Source of the DNA: Pseudomonadota bacterium
Lineage (GTDB): Bacteria; Bdellovibrionota_B; Oligoflexia; Silvanigrellales; Silvanigrellaceae
Direction of reading: 5' to 3'
NCBI GenBank assembly: GCA_039799905.1
Contig: JBDLRP010000046.1
Coordinates: 39,756-103,755 of the forward strand
Length of the DNA: 64,000 nucleotides
Within the stretch, counting starts at the first letter, position 1. The number at the start of each line of letters is the position of its first letter. The position numbers and the translations under genes are program-made. Under the pieces are notes generated by a model that was given only the letters and a program-made list of their open reading frames with translations, made no database searches and was not told the origin of the DNA. Shown one piece after another: positions 48,391 through 57,958 of the stretch.

Positions 48391-49166
48391 TTTCTCCCTG
48401 CGTTCTGGGCTGATTCCATCAGTATCGCCTGCTGCCGCATGCCGGCATTCAAAATCAGCTGGCTCATCTGTGCACGCAGGTCACTTGTCATTTGCCGACC
48501 GGCAGAGTCCTCGTTGATCTGCTCAGCGTTCGAACGAAAGAAAAAATTCGCTGCGGCATTGAGGGCCATGTAGCCAAGGCCCGTGTACTCAATGAAACGC
48601 ATCTGAAATGTTTCGTCCTTCAAGACAATTCCATCTTTTCCGCGGATGATGATGCGCTGTTCATCGGTAAACTCTTCGACTATCGGGATCAGTGAAAGTG
48701 AATAGTAAAACAATATTCCCAGCCATCCATGCTGCTCATGCCTGACACGTTTGGCAGACAATTCTGCTGTCAGATGAATATTCCTGTCGGACGTTTTCTT
48801 TGCAGGCGCACGCCCCCCAACGAACGTGTCTTGAGATATTTTCACCGAAGCCTCGCCTGCTTCAGTATTGGGCGAATCGAGTTCAGCATCTTCACCGGAA
48901 TCGACGGGACCCACGAAAACCCGAGCACCCTGAGCCTCAAAATGAGCCGAGAGATTCCCGCAGAGCATGTTCGCGTTCTGACTGGTCAGGAGTGGTCCAA
49001 CCTCACAGATCAGGCGAATTGAGAAATCTTTGAAGTTGTTTTCGGAAAACTCGATTGCAAGCGGCTGCCTGATGGCACCGAGTGGATGGTAAACCACAGT
49101 CGCACAGGCACTGAGAGTTGTCGTTGCCAAAAAGAGCGCGAACAGAGCGCAGTTTCTTCCAAGCAT
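48387..49166 (-). CDS. hypothetical lipoprotein (operon gene 1)
   Basis: Lipobox LSA|C; internal hydrophobic segment GWLGILFYYSLSLIPIV. Confidence 0.72.
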   Translation of the reverse strand: MLGRNCALFALFLATTTLSACATVVYHPLGAIRQPLAIEFSENNFKDFSIRLICEVGPLLTSQNANMLCGNLSAHFEAQGARVFVGPVDSGEDAELDSPNTEAGEASVKISQDTFVGGRAPAKKTSDRNIHLTAELSAKRVRHEQHGWLGILFYYSLSLIPIVEEFTDEQRIIIRGKDGIVLKDETFQMRFIEYTGLGYMALNAAANFFFRSNAEQINEDSAGRQMTSDLRAQMSQLILNAGMRQQAILMESAQNAGRK

Positions 49167-49202
49167 CCGACATGCATCTCCGAAAAATTGACAATGTTAA
49201 AA

Positions 49203-49248
49203 ATTTTAGCAGCCGCTGTTTAGCCAGACAAGCGACAAAGGCTTGTCT
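49203..49248 (-). promoter_or_regulatory. candidate sigma70 promoter of the 12-gene operon with an overlapping inverted repeat
   Basis: Minus strand TTGTCT-N17-TAAAAT with TG extension (49231-49203). Perfect inverted repeat AGACAAGC-N7-GCTTGTCT (49226-49248) covers the -35. Confidence 0.45.
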
Positions 49249-49363
49249 AAACTCAACTCTAAAGTGTCAAATTGATCTCTCACTGCAGTTTATGGTGTTC
49301 TATCTTTCAACCTCACCGTGACAGGTTGCGGCGTAACAAAGACAAATTCAAACGGATGGAACG

Positions 49364-49813
49364 ATGAGCAAACAGATACCTCTGGCAATTCTCACTGGCT
49401 TGCTCTTTTTTGGATGCGAACCGCCACACAAGATTGTGATGAAGGAGTTTGTCATCAAAAATGAAACAGACATAGAATTGGCAGTCAAATACAGGGAAAA
49501 ATGTGGAATTGATTGCAACGATGCATACACAACTGTGAATTTGGCCGCCGGAGAGGGCAAAAAAATCACATACGAGCCTCTGATTGTTGGCACTTTTGCA
49601 ACCAGAGAGGATTACAGCTACGTCTCACCACAACTTGAATTCCAAGATTTGTCCGATGTGATTATTTGCGATTATTCTTTTTCCTTGTATCGCGAAACTC
49701 CGAGTTCATTGTCGTCACCCGACTACACCGTAAAAAAAGCCGATGAATGCGAATCAGGAGCCAAGGTCTTTCCGAGCGAGCCTGTTGTCCAGCCCACGCC
49801 GTCATTGAAATGA
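49364..49813 (+). CDS. hypothetical lipoprotein
   Basis: Lipobox FFG|C, Ig-like FVIKNETDIELAVKY start, four further Cys. Confidence 0.65.
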   Translation: MSKQIPLAILTGLLFFGCEPPHKIVMKEFVIKNETDIELAVKYREKCGIDCNDAYTTVNLAAGEGKKITYEPLIVGTFATREDYSYVSPQLEFQDLSDVIICDYSFSLYRETPSSLSSPDYTVKKADECESGAKVFPSEPVVQPTPSLK

Positions 49814-49841
49814 TGCTCTATTTGTCAATTTTTGCTTTATC

Positions 49842-50549
49842 TCAGAGTGCATAGCCAATTGATAAATTCAACGGGCTCAAGTTAGTTGCTTCCGCTGCCT
49901 CTTTATTGGCTCGGCGTGAGAGTTCAAAAGTATTGGCGGAAAACTTATCGTTCTGAACATATGTTTCTGAGATCCGTGCGACTGGATTCGTGACCCGGAG
50001 CCATTCGACAATAAAGAAAAAATTCTCTCTTCCCCACCGCGAACCAATGACCCATTGATTGCTGACTTGACGTTGGCTGGCCTTAAAATCATTGTCAGCT
50101 ATAGGCGTGTTTGGATTACCCTTCAACGCAGATTCAAACATCTGGTAGTCGACGCCAAGTGAGAAATAGAATGAGTCATTCAAAAAGAACGCGCCGCGAA
50201 AACCGAGACGGTAGATGTCGGCCTTATAGCGCTTGTGCAGCATTCCAGTGCGATGTCCGCCACCCGCCTCAAAAAGAATCCGATCATTCAGCGTTCTACC
50301 GAAGGCAAGTTCCAGCTCGGCAAGATTCAAAATGCCATAGGGGATAGAAACTCTGACAAAATTGGGATGCCGCAGTCTTGCATGGGTATGCGACCCCGTG
50401 GCCACTCGCGGAGGTAGATCCGTGCTCTTGTTCTCTTCTTTCGGTGTGGACCACGCAACAGGAGCGAGCAAAAACATCATCAGAAATGAAAAAGAGTTTA
50501 TGAAAAATTTGCTGCCCAAATTCACGCGTAACCTCTGATTGATTCTCAC
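49842..50549 (-). CDS. putative outer-membrane beta-barrel protein
   Basis: Signal ending AWS, beta-strands, C-terminal LNLSIGYAL. Similar in pattern to the C-terminal domain of 35383..36333. Confidence 0.65.
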   Translation of the reverse strand: MRINQRLRVNLGSKFFINSFSFLMMFLLAPVAWSTPKEENKSTDLPPRVATGSHTHARLRHPNFVRVSIPYGILNLAELELAFGRTLNDRILFEAGGGHRTGMLHKRYKADIYRLGFRGAFFLNDSFYFSLGVDYQMFESALKGNPNTPIADNDFKASQRQVSNQWVIGSRWGRENFFFIVEWLRVTNPVARISETYVQNDKFSANTFELSRRANKEAAEATNLSPLNLSIGYAL

Positions 50550-50596
50550 AGCAGGTTATCATGAACCTTCAAAAAAAAACCGAATCACCTTGCGCC

Positions 50597-51310
50597 TTAC
50601 GCACCGTCAGAGCCACTGGTGCGTGTGACAGAGTCAAACAGCCTACCGTCGCGCATTTCAAGCACGCGATCGGCAAATTCTGCGGCTTCATCGTGGTCGT
50701 GTGTCACCAGAAGACATGATGCCTTCTCGAGTTTCAACGCCTGCAAAACCTGTTGACGGATTCGTTGCCTGAGGCTGACATCCAAGCTTGAGAAGGCCTC
50801 ATCCAACAGGAGGATTTCAGGCTTTGGCGCGAGGGCGCGCGCGCACGCCACACGCTGCAACTGGCCTCCGCTGAGTGTGGAAGGAAGCCTGTTTGCGAGA
50901 TCTTTGAGTTCAAATTCCTCAAGTAACTGCTCAACTCTTTGCTGCTCCAACTTTTCACGACCGCGGCGGGCCAAGCCAAATGCGATATTTTCAAAAACAT
51001 TCAAATGCGGAAAGACGGCCCAATCCTGAAAAACCATTCCCACCCTGCGCTTTTCAGGTGGCACAAACTGTTCTGCAGACGAGACAACATCTCCATGGAT
51101 GTGAATTTCACCCGACGATATTTTCTCAAGACCTGCCACAACCCGCAGCAGGCTGCTTTTACCGATACCGGATGCACCGACAATTGCCACACGCTCACCA
51201 GAACCCACCGACAGGCTGAGCTGTTGCAGAGTGCTTTTCGTGGAACCATAGCCGAATGAAACATTCAACATTTCGAGAGCGGACGGATTACTTTTCATGC
51301 GTGGATCCAT
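50597..51310 (-). CDS. fbpC: Fe3+ ABC transporter ATP-binding subunit
   Basis: GASGIGKS, VPPEKRRVGMVFQD.AVFPHLNV.ENIAFG, LSGGQ, LLLDE, VTHD. Confidence 0.88.
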   Translation of the reverse strand: MDPRMKSNPSALEMLNVSFGYGSTKSTLQQLSLSVGSGERVAIVGASGIGKSSLLRVVAGLEKISSGEIHIHGDVVSSAEQFVPPEKRRVGMVFQDWAVFPHLNVFENIAFGLARRGREKLEQQRVEQLLEEFELKDLANRLPSTLSGGQLQRVACARALAPKPEILLLDEAFSSLDVSLRQRIRQQVLQALKLEKASCLLVTHDHDEAAEFADRVLEMRDGRLFDSVTRTSGSDGA

Positions 51311-52838
51311 TCTGATCGGTCTGGGTCAATGAGAATGCACCAAAACGGGATGCTAGGAGAATTCCTGCAAGGCTCAGGACAACCATCAGCAGCGATGATG
51401 GTGCTGTCTCGGACAATCGCTCATCTGAGGCCAAATTATATGTCCGAATAGAGAGAGTCTCAAAATCGAAGGGGCGCAAGAGCATCGTTGCGGGGAGCTC
51501 TTTGATGACGTCAATACAAGTTAAAATGAAAACACAAGCCAGACTCTTGCGCAGCAGTGGCAGACTCACCGAGTGCAGGACGCCGCCTTGTGAACGCCCC
51601 AACAACCTCGCCTGTTCTTCATAGGCACGCGGAATCGCCGACCATCCGGCCTCAATTGTGGAAACTCCAATCGTTGCAAAACGAACGCAATATGCGAGCA
51701 ACAATCCGGTTATACTTCCCGTCATCGAAAACGGCGCCAGAAGAATCAGAAATCCAATCCCAATCACGCCACCGGGGAGGGCGTAACCGAGTGAAGCCAA
51801 GCGCACAATTGAATTCCAGACGGGCCCAAATGACAACCGCAACGTATAAACAAAAACAACGCCCAGCAGTAACACCATGATGCCTGCCGAGGATGCCATC
51901 ATGAGTGTGGTGGCAGCCGGCGCGAGCGTGCTCGTCCAAAGTTGAGGTGTTGCATCAGTGAGTGAACTCTCGAGAAGAATGAAAGACGGCAACAAGCACC
52001 CGAGCAGCACGGGACAAGAGGCGAGCAGAAAACATGGCAACCACAGAGCGGGCGGAAGTGGACGGCGACGGACGAGAGACGCGCTCCTGCCACGGCCGGC
52101 AAGATTTTTTTTCTCGCGCAGGCGCGCCTCAGCGAACAAAAGTGTTCCAGAAAACACGAACAAAAGAAGAGAAAATAACGCAGCGCGGGTCCTGTCGCCA
52201 TAGCCAAACCAGCTGCGGTAGATTCCGGTGCTCCACGTATCGACGGCCATGAAATCAACTGTCCCAAAATCGGCAAGAACTTCCATGCCAGCCAACAAAG
52301 CACCGGTAAAGACTGCGGCGCGGACCAGCGGAAGCTCAATCAAAAAAAACACCCTGACCGGCCCTTTTCCCAACAGGCGGGCACTTTCGGAGAGCGAAGC
52401 GGAGAACTGGGTCAAAGCGCCGTAGGTCGGCAGAAAAACGTAGGGAGCGAGGCACAGCGAAAAAATCAGACATGTGACCGGCAGATTTCTCAACGCTCCG
52501 CCATGCACACCCTGGGCGATCAAAAAATCTACCCACGTGTAGGCAACCAGATAGCTCGGCACGGCAAGCGGTAGTACCGACAGTAGTAACAACAACCTGC
52601 GCCCGGCGAACTCAAACCGTGAACATAGGTATGCTGAGAAACAGCCAAAAAAAACAGCTCCGATGACACTACCAAGCAGAAGCAAAATAGAATTGCCTGC
52701 ATAGCGCATCAACAGGTCCTGACTGAGACCTGCCTGAGACGCGAAAAGCGCAGGTAGGGCTTCACCGGCAAGAGCCAGTATCGGCGCAATGAAAACAATT
52801 GCGCAGATGATAATGAAAAATCTCACCAACAAATTCAA
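51288..52838 (-). CDS. fbpB: Fe3+ ABC transporter permease (two repeats)
   Basis: LPLAVPSY, ESARLLG, MEVLADFG, GYALPG.V, KELPATMLLRPFDFETL...ASDE. Confidence 0.9.
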   Translation of the reverse strand: MNLLVRFFIIICAIVFIAPILALAGEALPALFASQAGLSQDLLMRYAGNSILLLLGSVIGAVFFGCFSAYLCSRFEFAGRRLLLLLSVLPLAVPSYLVAYTWVDFLIAQGVHGGALRNLPVTCLIFSLCLAPYVFLPTYGALTQFSASLSESARLLGKGPVRVFFLIELPLVRAAVFTGALLAGMEVLADFGTVDFMAVDTWSTGIYRSWFGYGDRTRAALFSLLLFVFSGTLLFAEARLREKKNLAGRGRSASLVRRRPLPPALWLPCFLLASCPVLLGCLLPSFILLESSLTDATPQLWTSTLAPAATTLMMASSAGIMVLLLGVVFVYTLRLSFGPVWNSIVRLASLGYALPGGVIGIGFLILLAPFSMTGSITGLLLAYCVRFATIGVSTIEAGWSAIPRAYEEQARLLGRSQGGVLHSVSLPLLRKSLACVFILTCIDVIKELPATMLLRPFDFETLSIRTYNLASDERLSETAPSSLLMVVLSLAGILLASRFGAFSLTQTDQNGSTHEK

Positions 52839-53860
52839 CGCCAGCCTGCCTCGTCAAGTACCTGAACTGCATCGGGCGTGTGTTTGCCAATCAGCGTGAG
52901 CCCCTTGAGATCGAGTTTAGGCTGACCAAATTGACGCAAGACTGCAGGTGCTTTTGAGTCTGCGCGAACGGGATACTCTTTGCTTGCATCAGCGAAAATT
53001 TCTTGCCCCGCGGGACTGACGAGGAATTCGATGAATTGACGCGCCTCGGTGACATTTTTGGCATGTTTAGTGATGCCCGCGCCGCTTAAGTTTACATGCG
53101 CTCCGCGGTCCTTTTGATTGGGGAAAACAACTGAAACATTTTTCATCAACTCTTTGTCAGAAGGATTTTGTGAATCCATCAGACGGGCCACGTAGTAGCT
53201 GTTGACGATGGCCACATCGCCTTCGCCCGCAGCAATCGCTTTGATTTGATCAGTATCGCCGCCCTGTGGCTTGCGCGCCAGATTTGCCGTCACACCCTTG
53301 GACCATGCCAGCAGCCCATCGCGTCCGAGCGCAGCGAACAAGGTTGCTGCAAGTGACTGGTTGTAAACGTGGTTCGAACTTCTGACCAAAAGACGCCCTT
53401 TGAACTCCGGAGCAGTGAGATTCTCGAGCCGTGCAACCTGCTCGGCTTTGACTTTTTGCTTGTTGAAGGCGATCAGACGAACGCGCATCGCAAGTCCTGT
53501 CCAAAGATCGCCCGAGTCTCTGCACGCTGACGGAACACCCCTGCTGATCAACTGAGAGGCAAGGGGCTGAAAAAGGCCCGCATCGGAGGCACGCCACAAG
53601 TTACCGACGTCGGTCGTCATGATGATGTCGGCTTCAGTTTTCTCTTTTTCCTCGATCACCCTCGAGAGCAGCTGGGCGGGCTCTTTGATTTGCACGATGC
53701 GAACATTGATTCCAGTTTTCTTCTCAAACTCAGCGGCAAGTTTTTGGTCCGCATCGTAATGACGGGTTGTATATACGTTGACTGTCTTTTTCGACTGCTG
53801 GGCAACGGCCGTAGCCGAAACGGAAATGAACGACACTGCAGCAAAAATTATTAATCTCAC
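52835..53860 (-). CDS. fbpA: Fe3+ ABC transporter substrate-binding protein (FbpA/FutA-like)
   Basis: VNVYTTRHYDAD, RSSNHVYNQSL, GGDTDQI, VNSYY (tandem Tyr iron ligands), GAHVNLSG. GGAGG RBS before GTG 53860. Confidence 0.92.
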   Translation of the reverse strand: MRLIIFAAVSFISVSATAVAQQSKKTVNVYTTRHYDADQKLAAEFEKKTGINVRIVQIKEPAQLLSRVIEEKEKTEADIIMTTDVGNLWRASDAGLFQPLASQLISRGVPSACRDSGDLWTGLAMRVRLIAFNKQKVKAEQVARLENLTAPEFKGRLLVRSSNHVYNQSLAATLFAALGRDGLLAWSKGVTANLARKPQGGDTDQIKAIAAGEGDVAIVNSYYVARLMDSQNPSDKELMKNVSVVFPNQKDRGAHVNLSGAGITKHAKNVTEARQFIEFLVSPAGQEIFADASKEYPVRADSKAPAVLRQFGQPKLDLKGLTLIGKHTPDAVQVLDEAGWR

Positions 53861-53891
53861 GGTAAACCCCTCCAATACCTTTTGCTCTACC

Positions 53892-53910
53892 GCAAATGAG
53901 AATCAATATC
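53892..53910. promoter_or_regulatory. Fur-box-like operator upstream of fbpA
   Basis: GCAAATGAGAATCAATATC matches GATAATGATAATCATTATC at 15 of 19 positions. Confidence 0.7.
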
Positions 53911-54148
53911 AATAACGACTTAAATTACTGAAAATACTATTTTATTTGTAAATGTTCATAATTCCAACTGAATTTAACAAGCAACAGGAAACAGCAAATC
54001 AGGTCTTGCCGCGAGCATCCCGAAAGTCGGAGCAATTTGACATCAAACTCACTCCTGTCGGCAGGTTAAATTAAACTCCCCGTGTCGGCAGAAATTAATT
54101 CCCAACCTGAAACTCGCGAACAGTGCGCGACTCAAGCGGAGAGTGAAC

Positions 54149-55261
54149 ATGTCATTTGTGAAAGTATTGAACCTTGCAGACCTGCCTGAAAACTCACATC
54201 GCCCCGTTGAACTGAATGGCAAGAAGATTGCACTCTTCAACTACCGCGGCAAAATCACCGCGCTCGGGAACGCGTGTCTTCACCGCGGAGGGAGTCTGGG
54301 TGACGGCTTCATTCAGATTATTGAGGGCGAACCGTTTATCGCGTGTCCGTGGCACGGCTGGCAGTACAACATCGTGACGGGAAAAGCGCCTGCGGGATTC
54401 AAAGACTGCCAGTCAACTTACACGGTCAAAGTTGAAGGTGACTCGATTTTGGTTTCGGAAAAGCCTGCGACTGCCGCATTCAAGGCCGAGCACGATCACG
54501 ATCCTGTCGAAGATCTGCGCCATCTGCGCTATCAAACCACGCCAACATCGCTCAACGTGCTGGGCATTTCGACAACCAACCTCAATCCTGAACTCCCGCG
54601 AACCTCGACCTCGGAACATGCGCTCGAAAATGCTCTGAGCATTGCCAAGAACGATTTCGGTGCCGAAACAAAAATGCTCAAACTACGTGACCTGAAATTC
54701 AGGCACTGCGAGGGATACTACAGCCGCCATGAGCAAGCCTGCACATGGCCTTGCTCGATTACGGACATGGATGCCAACGACGGAATGACACAGGTATACC
54801 GCGACCTTGTCCTGTGGGCCGATGTCGTCTTTCTGGCAACGCCAATCCGCTGGGGAAATGCATCTTCGCTCTATTATAAAATGGTGGAACGACTCAACAC
54901 CGTTCAAAATCAAATCACGCTCTCCGATCGCGTCCTTATCAAAAATAAAGTCGCGGCATTTATCGTGACCGGCGGACAAGACAACATCCAGCAGGTCGTC
55001 GGGCAAATGAACACCTTCTTCACAGATATCGGCTTCACATTTCCACCCTTCAACTTCGTCGGATGGAGCCGTGGCTGGATTCAGGAAGACATGGAAAACA
55101 ACGTCGCCCTCTTTAAGCGCTCGCGCTACATGAAGCGTTCTGTGAAGGAGCTAGTTCACAACTCAGTGCTGTTGTCACGTCAGCTTAAACAAATGGACAC
55201 TTCGGAGTTGCGCACACCCAAGCCGAGCATCCGTGATTCGCGGGATCCTGACAAAGAGTGA
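54149..55261 (+). CDS. Rieske [2Fe-2S] ferredoxin fused to an NAD(P)H-dependent FMN reductase / iron-sulfur flavoprotein-like domain
   Basis: CLH...CPWHGW Rieske motif, then TSTS, HCEGYYS...CTWPC, ATPIRWG, IVTGGQD. Confidence 0.85.
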   Translation: MSFVKVLNLADLPENSHRPVELNGKKIALFNYRGKITALGNACLHRGGSLGDGFIQIIEGEPFIACPWHGWQYNIVTGKAPAGFKDCQSTYTVKVEGDSILVSEKPATAAFKAEHDHDPVEDLRHLRYQTTPTSLNVLGISTTNLNPELPRTSTSEHALENALSIAKNDFGAETKMLKLRDLKFRHCEGYYSRHEQACTWPCSITDMDANDGMTQVYRDLVLWADVVFLATPIRWGNASSLYYKMVERLNTVQNQITLSDRVLIKNKVAAFIVTGGQDNIQQVVGQMNTFFTDIGFTFPPFNFVGWSRGWIQEDMENNVALFKRSRYMKRSVKELVHNSVLLSRQLKQMDTSELRTPKPSIRDSRDPDKE

Positions 55262-55379
55262 AACTTTGACTTGAACGCCCGTAGGGTTGTCACATGAACG
55301 TACTCTCGACAGTCAAACTGATTACAACGACTGTTTTTCCGCCCGACAAATGACCAACCGATGGCACGCGGCTGATTCG

Positions 55380-56924
55380 TCAATCCTCGTCAAAGAGGCT
55401 TTTGGGCACTGCCTTTTTTTGTTTGGAACGACGCCCGCGCCACGACAGCGGGCCCCCTCGACTGCCAAGTTGCTCTTGTACTTTTTTCGCTTCCGCACGG
55501 ACATCATTGTTGCGAAATTTCGTGAACAACTGTTCGCGTGCATGTGCCATCGACGGCTTCAGATCCAGCATCGGCGTGGGATACTTCGCGGGCAGACCCT
55601 CGCCGGCATGGATATTCGCAAGCGGAACGTCACGCAGTTCCGGAACCCACTGCCTTATAAAACGTGCATCCGGATCATTTTCTTCGGATTGTTTCTGTGG
55701 GTTGTAAATCCGGATTTGGTTGTTGCCTGTGACGGATGCTTGCATATGAACTTGTGAAAAGTGAATTCCTGCCTCGAAATCTAAAAACGCCTGAGCCAGA
55801 TCCCACGCGGGTCTGCGCCAGTCGCGCCACATCAGATGAGTTGCGAAGCTCATCAGCATGGCACGCATCCTGAAATTGAGAAAACCAGTCTGATGGACAC
55901 TTCTGAGACAGGCATCTACCAATGGGAACCCTGTCTGACCATGATGCCAGCGCTCAAATTCTTCCCTGCTCATCTCAGGACGAAGATTAACAAGCGCTGA
56001 GTTCTGCTCACGGATTTCCATCTCAGGAAAATTCTCCAATTTTTGAATGAAATGGCATCGCCATGCAAGACGGCTGTTGAATGCCTTGATCGAGCGCATG
56101 TCGAGCGTCTGTTCGTGAGCAGACAGACGCGCGTGAATTTGTTTTGATGAAATGCAGCCAAATGCCAAAAAAGGTGACAATCGTGAGCTGTAGTAACGTG
56201 CATCGTGCGGCTTGGATATGCTGAGCAAATACTTCGGATGCACATCCGCAGACAAAAATCGTCCAAGTAATCCGTGCGCGACAGACTCTCCCCCGCGCTG
56301 CTGTCCATTTGCTGCCTGAGCGGCTGCGCGCATCAGGGCGGTTTGACTGCGCTCCGCCCAGCTGAAAAAGCGCACCTGATTGACACTACCAAACTGCAAC
56401 AGACGCTCCGCCGAGAGTCCTGCATAGCCGACAGTCGATGGTTCGGGGGACAACGGAGATGCAAGCCGCGCCTGTCGAATTCCTTGCCAGCGCGAGCGAT
56501 CCTTGAGCCCGCGGACAACACCGTTGGTCGGATACTCGGTCCATCCGACGTTCGAACTTTTAAACAAAGCCTTCAGTTGAAGATCGCGTTTGAAAGTCCA
56601 GAGAACTCCGGTTTCCTCGTGGGAAAAAACAAATTTAAGGCCTTGCGTCAGCAAGCTGCTGAAGACTTCAACTGCCCGCCCCTCGGCCATCAATAAAGTC
56701 ACGTTCAGTGCCCTGAGGCGAGGCTCGAGCTCGGCCAGACATTCGCCAACAAACTTCTCCCTGCGGACATGAAACTCATCGGCCGTCAGTGCCTCGGGTT
56801 CTGTAATCCACAGGGCAATCAGTGGACAATTTTGTTGCGCGGCAAACCTCAAAGCAGCGTCAAGGGCCGTGTTGTCGCTCAGGCGGAGATCTCTTTTCAT
56901 CCACCAAACCACGACCCCGTGCAT
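55380..56924 (-). CDS. cryptochrome/DNA photolyase family FAD-binding protein
   Basis: WWMKRDLRLSDN.AL, SRLSPFLAFGCIS, WRCHFIQKLE, GQTGFPLVDAC, NFRMRAML, RIYNPQKQ...DP...FIRQWVPEL. Confidence 0.9.
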   Translation of the reverse strand: MHGVVVWWMKRDLRLSDNTALDAALRFAAQQNCPLIALWITEPEALTADEFHVRREKFVGECLAELEPRLRALNVTLLMAEGRAVEVFSSLLTQGLKFVFSHEETGVLWTFKRDLQLKALFKSSNVGWTEYPTNGVVRGLKDRSRWQGIRQARLASPLSPEPSTVGYAGLSAERLLQFGSVNQVRFFSWAERSQTALMRAAAQAANGQQRGGESVAHGLLGRFLSADVHPKYLLSISKPHDARYYSSRLSPFLAFGCISSKQIHARLSAHEQTLDMRSIKAFNSRLAWRCHFIQKLENFPEMEIREQNSALVNLRPEMSREEFERWHHGQTGFPLVDACLRSVHQTGFLNFRMRAMLMSFATHLMWRDWRRPAWDLAQAFLDFEAGIHFSQVHMQASVTGNNQIRIYNPQKQSEENDPDARFIRQWVPELRDVPLANIHAGEGLPAKYPTPMLDLKPSMAHAREQLFTKFRNNDVRAEAKKVQEQLGSRGGPLSWRGRRSKQKKAVPKSLFDED

Positions 56925-56947
56925 TCCGCCTCCGACCTGTTTTCTTT

Positions 56948-57817
56948 TTACTTGTTCACCAAATCAGACCACGCCGCCGCCAGTCCATTCGCATCATCTA
57001 CACTGAGAAGCTTTTCCGGAATACTGCCGACGACCTTTAGCATGCATTCGCTGGTTTGCAGAGCGCGTCCGGAAGAATCCTTCAACACGCAGCGGTCGCT
57101 CGTCTGGCCAAGAAGAACGCCGTATATGCGGCTTGGAAAAGCCGTATTCAGCCTGCGGATGGATTGCTCAAGAAGACCTGCGTCACGGTCTTTGGCCGCC
57201 CCATCTGAAAAGAAGACGACGCTCTCGAGGTCGAGTTTGCCCGTGCTCAGGTTGGCTGCGTATTCCTGCAGCGCAGTACTGATGCCTCGTTCGTAGTTTG
57301 TCGTGTCATAGTCGGGATTGTCGCACACACCCGCTCGGAATTTTCTGCTGATCTGCTCGCGGCTCTGCGCAAGAACTCCGTCCATGGTTCCAAGGCTTTT
57401 GGCACTTTTACTGAACGTGACAAGAGTCATGCGGACCTGCTCGTTGGATTTGAGCTTTCCGCGCAGGGAATCGACCAGAGCAAGAAGCGCATCGAATCGC
57501 TTGCACGTCGGGTCGCTGCCCGAATTCATGCGCTGAGTCGCAGGATCAACATAAAGTGAGCCCGATTTGTCCATGACCACGTATAGATCGAGCGTACGTC
57601 CTTCTTCCGCAAAACCCGGATCGGTCAGGTTGCCGCCCCCCGGTTTCGAATTGTTGCCGTTTTCCAAAGGAGATTTGTTGCCTCCGTCCGCAGGAGCTGG
57701 TTTTGCAGTGCGATCGGAAGTGAAATTTGAATCCGAACAGGACGGAAGGAGCAGGGCTGTCTGCGCGAGACCAACACCAGACAGCAAAAGATACAAAAAT
57801 TTTTTCTTCGTGCTCAC
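56948..57817 (-). CDS. vWA domain lipoprotein
   Basis: Lipobox LPS|C, MIDAS motif DKSGS, TNYE, FFSDG. Confidence 0.8.
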   Translation of the reverse strand: MSTKKKFLYLLLSGVGLAQTALLLPSCSDSNFTSDRTAKPAPADGGNKSPLENGNNSKPGGGNLTDPGFAEEGRTLDLYVVMDKSGSLYVDPATQRMNSGSDPTCKRFDALLALVDSLRGKLKSNEQVRMTLVTFSKSAKSLGTMDGVLAQSREQISRKFRAGVCDNPDYDTTNYERGISTALQEYAANLSTGKLDLESVVFFSDGAAKDRDAGLLEQSIRRLNTAFPSRIYGVLLGQTSDRCVLKDSSGRALQTSECMLKVVGSIPEKLLSVDDANGLAAAWSDLVNK

Positions 57818-57958
57818 GGCTCAACTCCCCAACAGTTCGAGTCGCCCCATCAGGACGCGACTCCAACTTCGTGAGAAGCAGGCGGCATGCCAAAAAAATC
57901 CGCCGAAATCACTGTGGAAAAATTGAACGCAGTTGTCGAAGGACTCGACAACCCGAAA

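Noticed and set aside
36384..49166. Ordinary flagellar gene cluster or Tol/Exb/Agl-Glt locus
   Set aside because: No recognisable flh/fli export, flg rod/hook or flagellin genes. The MotB has an OmpA-like peptidoglycan-binding domain, unlike ExbD/TolR/AglQS.
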